Shown one piece after another: positions 61,535-64,000 of a stretch of 64,000 nucleotides of DNA (its first letter is position 1; each line of letters starts with the position of its first letter). Location: positions 19,732 to 83,731 of the forward strand of contig DJYI01000139.1 of NCBI GenBank assembly GCA_002448475.1. Reading direction: 5' to 3'. The notes beneath the pieces were generated by a model that was not told the origin of the DNA, searched no databases, and worked only from the letters and a program-made list of their open reading frames with translations. The position numbers and the translations under genes were made by a program. This stretch comes from Verrucomicrobia bacterium UBA6982 (GTDB taxonomy: Bacteria > Verrucomicrobiota > Kiritimatiellia > RFP12 > UBA3636).

Positions 61535-64000
61535 CTACCGACTCACCCGAGACACGGAAACCGAGGCTGGGTGGCCGTTGAGGTCGAACGAACCTGTCGC
61601 TGCGTCTCCTGCCCCCACCGTAGAGTTGGAGACGGCAAGCTCGATGGCCAGAACCTCGCCCTTCACAAAATCGGCGTTGGACGAAATCGCGGCGGCGGCC
61701 TCGGCGTCGGTCTCCACGGAAAGACTGATGCGGTCGGAAACGTCAAATCCTGACTCCTTGCGCAGAGTCTGCACATGTGAGACGAGCTCGCGAGCAATGC
61801 CTTCCGCCACGAGGTCGGGCGTAAGGGCGGTGTCAAGCGCGACGGTGAGGTCGCCGTCGTTGGCGACGGTGAGGCCTTCGTTCTCGGTGCGCTGGACCAG
61901 CACGTCCTCGGGGAGGAGGGTGATTTCCTCGCCGGGGCCGTCGAGGTGCAAAACCACCCCTTCGCCGGCCTGGAGCCTGGCGATGTCCGCGGCGGAAAGC
62001 GCGGCAATGGCGGCGGCGGCGGCTTTCATGCGCGGGCCGAGCTTCTTGCCGAGGACCTTGAAGTTGGCCTTGGCCGAAAGAGTGACGAAGCGCGATTCGT
62101 CGGAGGCGAACTCGACGGCCTTGACGTCGAGTTCCTCGGCGATGACTGGCGCCATCGGCGCGAGCGCCTCGGCGAAGCCGGGCGCGGCGCAGGCGACGAC
62201 GGCGCGGGCGAGCGGCTGGCGGACCTTGAGGCCCTTCTGCTTGCGCAGGTTGTGGCCGAGCGCGACGGCGCGCTGCGCGGCGGCCATGCGCGATTCGAGC
62301 GCGACGTCGCGCGCGGCGGCGTTCGCCTTGGGGAAGGCGCACAGGTGCACCGACTCGGGCATTCCGGCGCCGCGAAGGTTGCGGTAGATCTCCTCGGCGA
62401 TGAACGGCGTGAATGGGGCTGCGACCTTGCAGAGCTGCACCAGAACGTAGCGCAGCGTGCGGTAGGCGTGGCGCTTGTCCGCGTCGTCCTCCGACTTCCA
62501 GAAGCGCCGGCGCGAGCGGCGGATATACCAGTTGGTGAGGTTCTCGACGAACGCGACGAACGGGCGCACGGACTTCTGCAGGTCGTAGCGGTCCATCGCG
62601 GCGGTGACGTCGGCGACGAGCGTCTCGAGCGAGGAGACGATCCAGCGGTCGAGCTCGCTCGGGGAGTCGGGCGTCTCGAGACTCTCCTCGTGCCAGCCGT
62701 CGACGTTGGCGTAGGTGACGAAGAACGAATAGGCGTTCCACCACGGGATCAGGAGGTCGCGCAGGATCTGGCGCACGCCGGCCTCGCTGAAGCGCAGGTT
62801 CTCGGCGCGTACCACGGCCGAGTTGATCATGTAGAGGCGCACCGCGTCGGCCCCGCAGGAGGAGACGAGCTCCATCGGGTCGGGGTAGTTCTTGAGGTGC
62901 TTGCTCATCTTCTTGCCGTCCTCGGCGAGGACGAGCCCGTTCACGACGACGTGCTTGTAGGGAGACCGGTCGAAGAGGAGCGTGCCGAGAACCATGAGAG
63001 AGTAGAACCAGCCGCGCGTCTGGTCGAGCCCCTCGGCGATGAAGTCCGCCGGGAAGCGCTTGAGGAAGGCCTCCTTGTCGGGGAACGCGAACGGGTAGTG
63101 GACCTGCGCGTATGGCATCGATCCGGACTCGAACCAGCAGTCGAGCACCTCGGGCGTGCGGTGGTAGGTCTTGCCGTCGCGGCGGATGACGATCTTGTCC
63201 ACGAAGTGCTTGTGCAGGTCCGTGACCTTCTCGCCGGAGAGGGCCTCGAGCTCGGCGACGGAGCCGACGCAGATCAGGTCGTTCTCGTCCTCGTCGTTCA
63301 CCCAGATCGGGATGCACGAGCCCCAGAAGCGGTTGCGCGAGACGTTCCAGTCGCGCGCGCCCTCGAGCCAGTTCTCGAAGCGCTTTTCGCCGACGTATTC
63401 CGGCATCCACGCGACTGGCGCGTTGTTCTTCGCGAAGCGCTCGTGCAGGTCCTCCACGCGGATGTACCAGGCGGGGATCGCGCGGTAGATCAGCGGCGTG
63501 TCAGTGCGCTCGCAGAACGGGTAGGAGTGCGTGATCGTGGCCTGGTGGACGAGCTTGCCCTCGGCCTTGAGGCGCTTGATGATGTCCTTGTCGCATTCCT
63601 TGCAGAAGCGCCCGGCGTATTCGGGCACCGTGTCCGTGAACTTGCAGTCCGCGTCGAGCGGGTCGGCCCACGCCTCGACGCCGTTCTCGCGGCAGACGCG
63701 GAAGTCGTCCTCGCCGTAGGCGGGGGCGATGTGGACGAGACCCACGCCGTCGTCCGTCGTAACGTAGTCGTCGTTGAGCACTCGGAACGCGCCGCGGGTG
63801 CGTTCGGCCTCGAAGTAGGGGAAGAGCGGTTCGTAGGTCCAGCCCTTGAGCGCGTCGCCCTTGAAGCGCGCGACGACCTCGACCTGCTCCGCCGGCTTCC
63901 TGAAGACGGCGGGCAGACGCGCCTCGGCCATCACGTAGCACGGGCGCGCCTCGTCCGTGAGGTCGCGCACGACTACGTAGTCGATCTTCGCGCCGGCGCA
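61535..64000 (-). CDS. ileS: Isoleucine--tRNA ligase, C-terminal ~820 codons; the N-terminus lies beyond the window end
   Basis: Class I aaRS with KMSKHL (a KMSKS motif), ...WFESGSMPYAQ..., a CP1/editing region and an anticodon-binding region, all IleRS-like. The frame is open to position 64000. Confidence 0.85.
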   Translation of the reverse strand, partial: CAGAKIDYVVVRDLTDEARPCYVMAEARLPAVFRKPAEQVEVVARFKGDALKGWTYEPLFPYFEAERTRGAFRVLNDDYVTTDDGVGLVHIAPAYGEDDFRVCRENGVEAWADPLDADCKFTDTVPEYAGRFCKECDKDIIKRLKAEGKLVHQATITHSYPFCERTDTPLIYRAIPAWYIRVEDLHERFAKNNAPVAWMPEYVGEKRFENWLEGARDWNVSRNRFWGSCIPIWVNDEDENDLICVGSVAELEALSGEKVTDLHKHFVDKIVIRRDGKTYHRTPEVLDCWFESGSMPYAQVHYPFAFPDKEAFLKRFPADFIAEGLDQTRGWFYSLMVLGTLLFDRSPYKHVVVNGLVLAEDGKKMSKHLKNYPDPMELVSSCGADAVRLYMINSAVVRAENLRFSEAGVRQILRDLLIPWWNAYSFFVTYANVDGWHEESLETPDSPSELDRWIVSSLETLVADVTAAMDRYDLQKSVRPFVAFVENLTNWYIRRSRRRFWKSEDDADKRHAYRTLRYVLVQLCKVAAPFTPFIAEEIYRNLRGAGMPESVHLCAFPKANAAARDVALESRMAAAQRAVALGHNLRKQKGLKVRQPLARAVVACAAPGFAEALAPMAPVIAEELDVKAVEFASDESRFVTLSAKANFKVLGKKLGPRMKAAAAAIAALSAADIARLQAGEGVVLHLDGPGEEITLLPEDVLVQRTENEGLTVANDGDLTVALDTALTPDLVAEGIARELVSHVQTLRKESGFDVSDRISLSVETDAEAAAAISSNADFVKGEVLAIELAVSNSTVGAGDAATGSFDLNGHPASVSVSRVSR

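Overview
This is a high-GC (~65%) bacterial window from a Gram-negative-type genome, as shown by a TolC-like outer-membrane factor. I read it as four blocks.

(1) 1-11.9 kb is a housekeeping block, all on the minus strand apart from tRNA-Pro: a TolC-like OMF gene that runs off the window start and is not in the ORF track, tRNA-Pro(CGG) with an intrinsic terminator, a MurC-MurB fusion, GlnRS, a stand-alone AICAR-transformylase-domain protein, EtfA/EtfB, an Mpl-like Mur ligase and a (likely PPi-dependent) phosphofructokinase.

(2) 12.0-15.2 kb is a small low-GC islet. It carries an AbiL-like two-gene module (an AAA_21 ATPase overlapping an RloB/Toprim-like gene), a perfect 19-bp palindrome, and an Rpn/YhgA-like PD-(D/E)XK nuclease whose C-terminus has six 21-nt heptad repeats.

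(3) 15.4-50.9 kb is a large surface-polysaccharide locus with mosaic GC, organised around a Wzx/Wzy pathway. It holds a ~12-gene minus-strand operon (44657 down to 30095) chained by ATGA-type overlaps, five acyltransferase-3 paralogs, two polysaccharide pyruvyl transferases plus an FrhB-like Fe-S protein, GT2/GT4 glycosyltransferases, WecB and two LicD-family phosphotransferases. A small TagD and a TagD::Gfo/Idh/MocA fusion look like CDP-glycerol/CDP-alditol synthases. A MenD-family ThDP enzyme, a class-V aminotransferase and an SDR sit inside the operon. One acyltransferase carries an 11-nt poly-G/C tract that looks like a phase-variation switch. A GtrA-GtrB pair is translationally coupled to an AAA-like/PD-(D/E)XK ATPase.

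(4) 50.9-64 kb is a rearranged accessory region: a DUF3990-like gene pair, two ~93%-identical copies of a 1Fe superoxide reductase gene with their promoter, and between them a DUF4143-type AAA ATPase. The interval also holds a chimeric SOR/GT2 5'-end remnant and four tandem 23-bp repeats next to the ATPase promoter. Downstream are a co-directional SWIM-SNF2 helicase and AlbA_2/HATPase_c_4 (Schlafen-like) pair, an Arch_ATPase/DUF234 ATPase, a GT4, and the 3' portion of ileS running off the window.

All functional calls rest on motifs I recognise by eye in the translations. No database searches were run.
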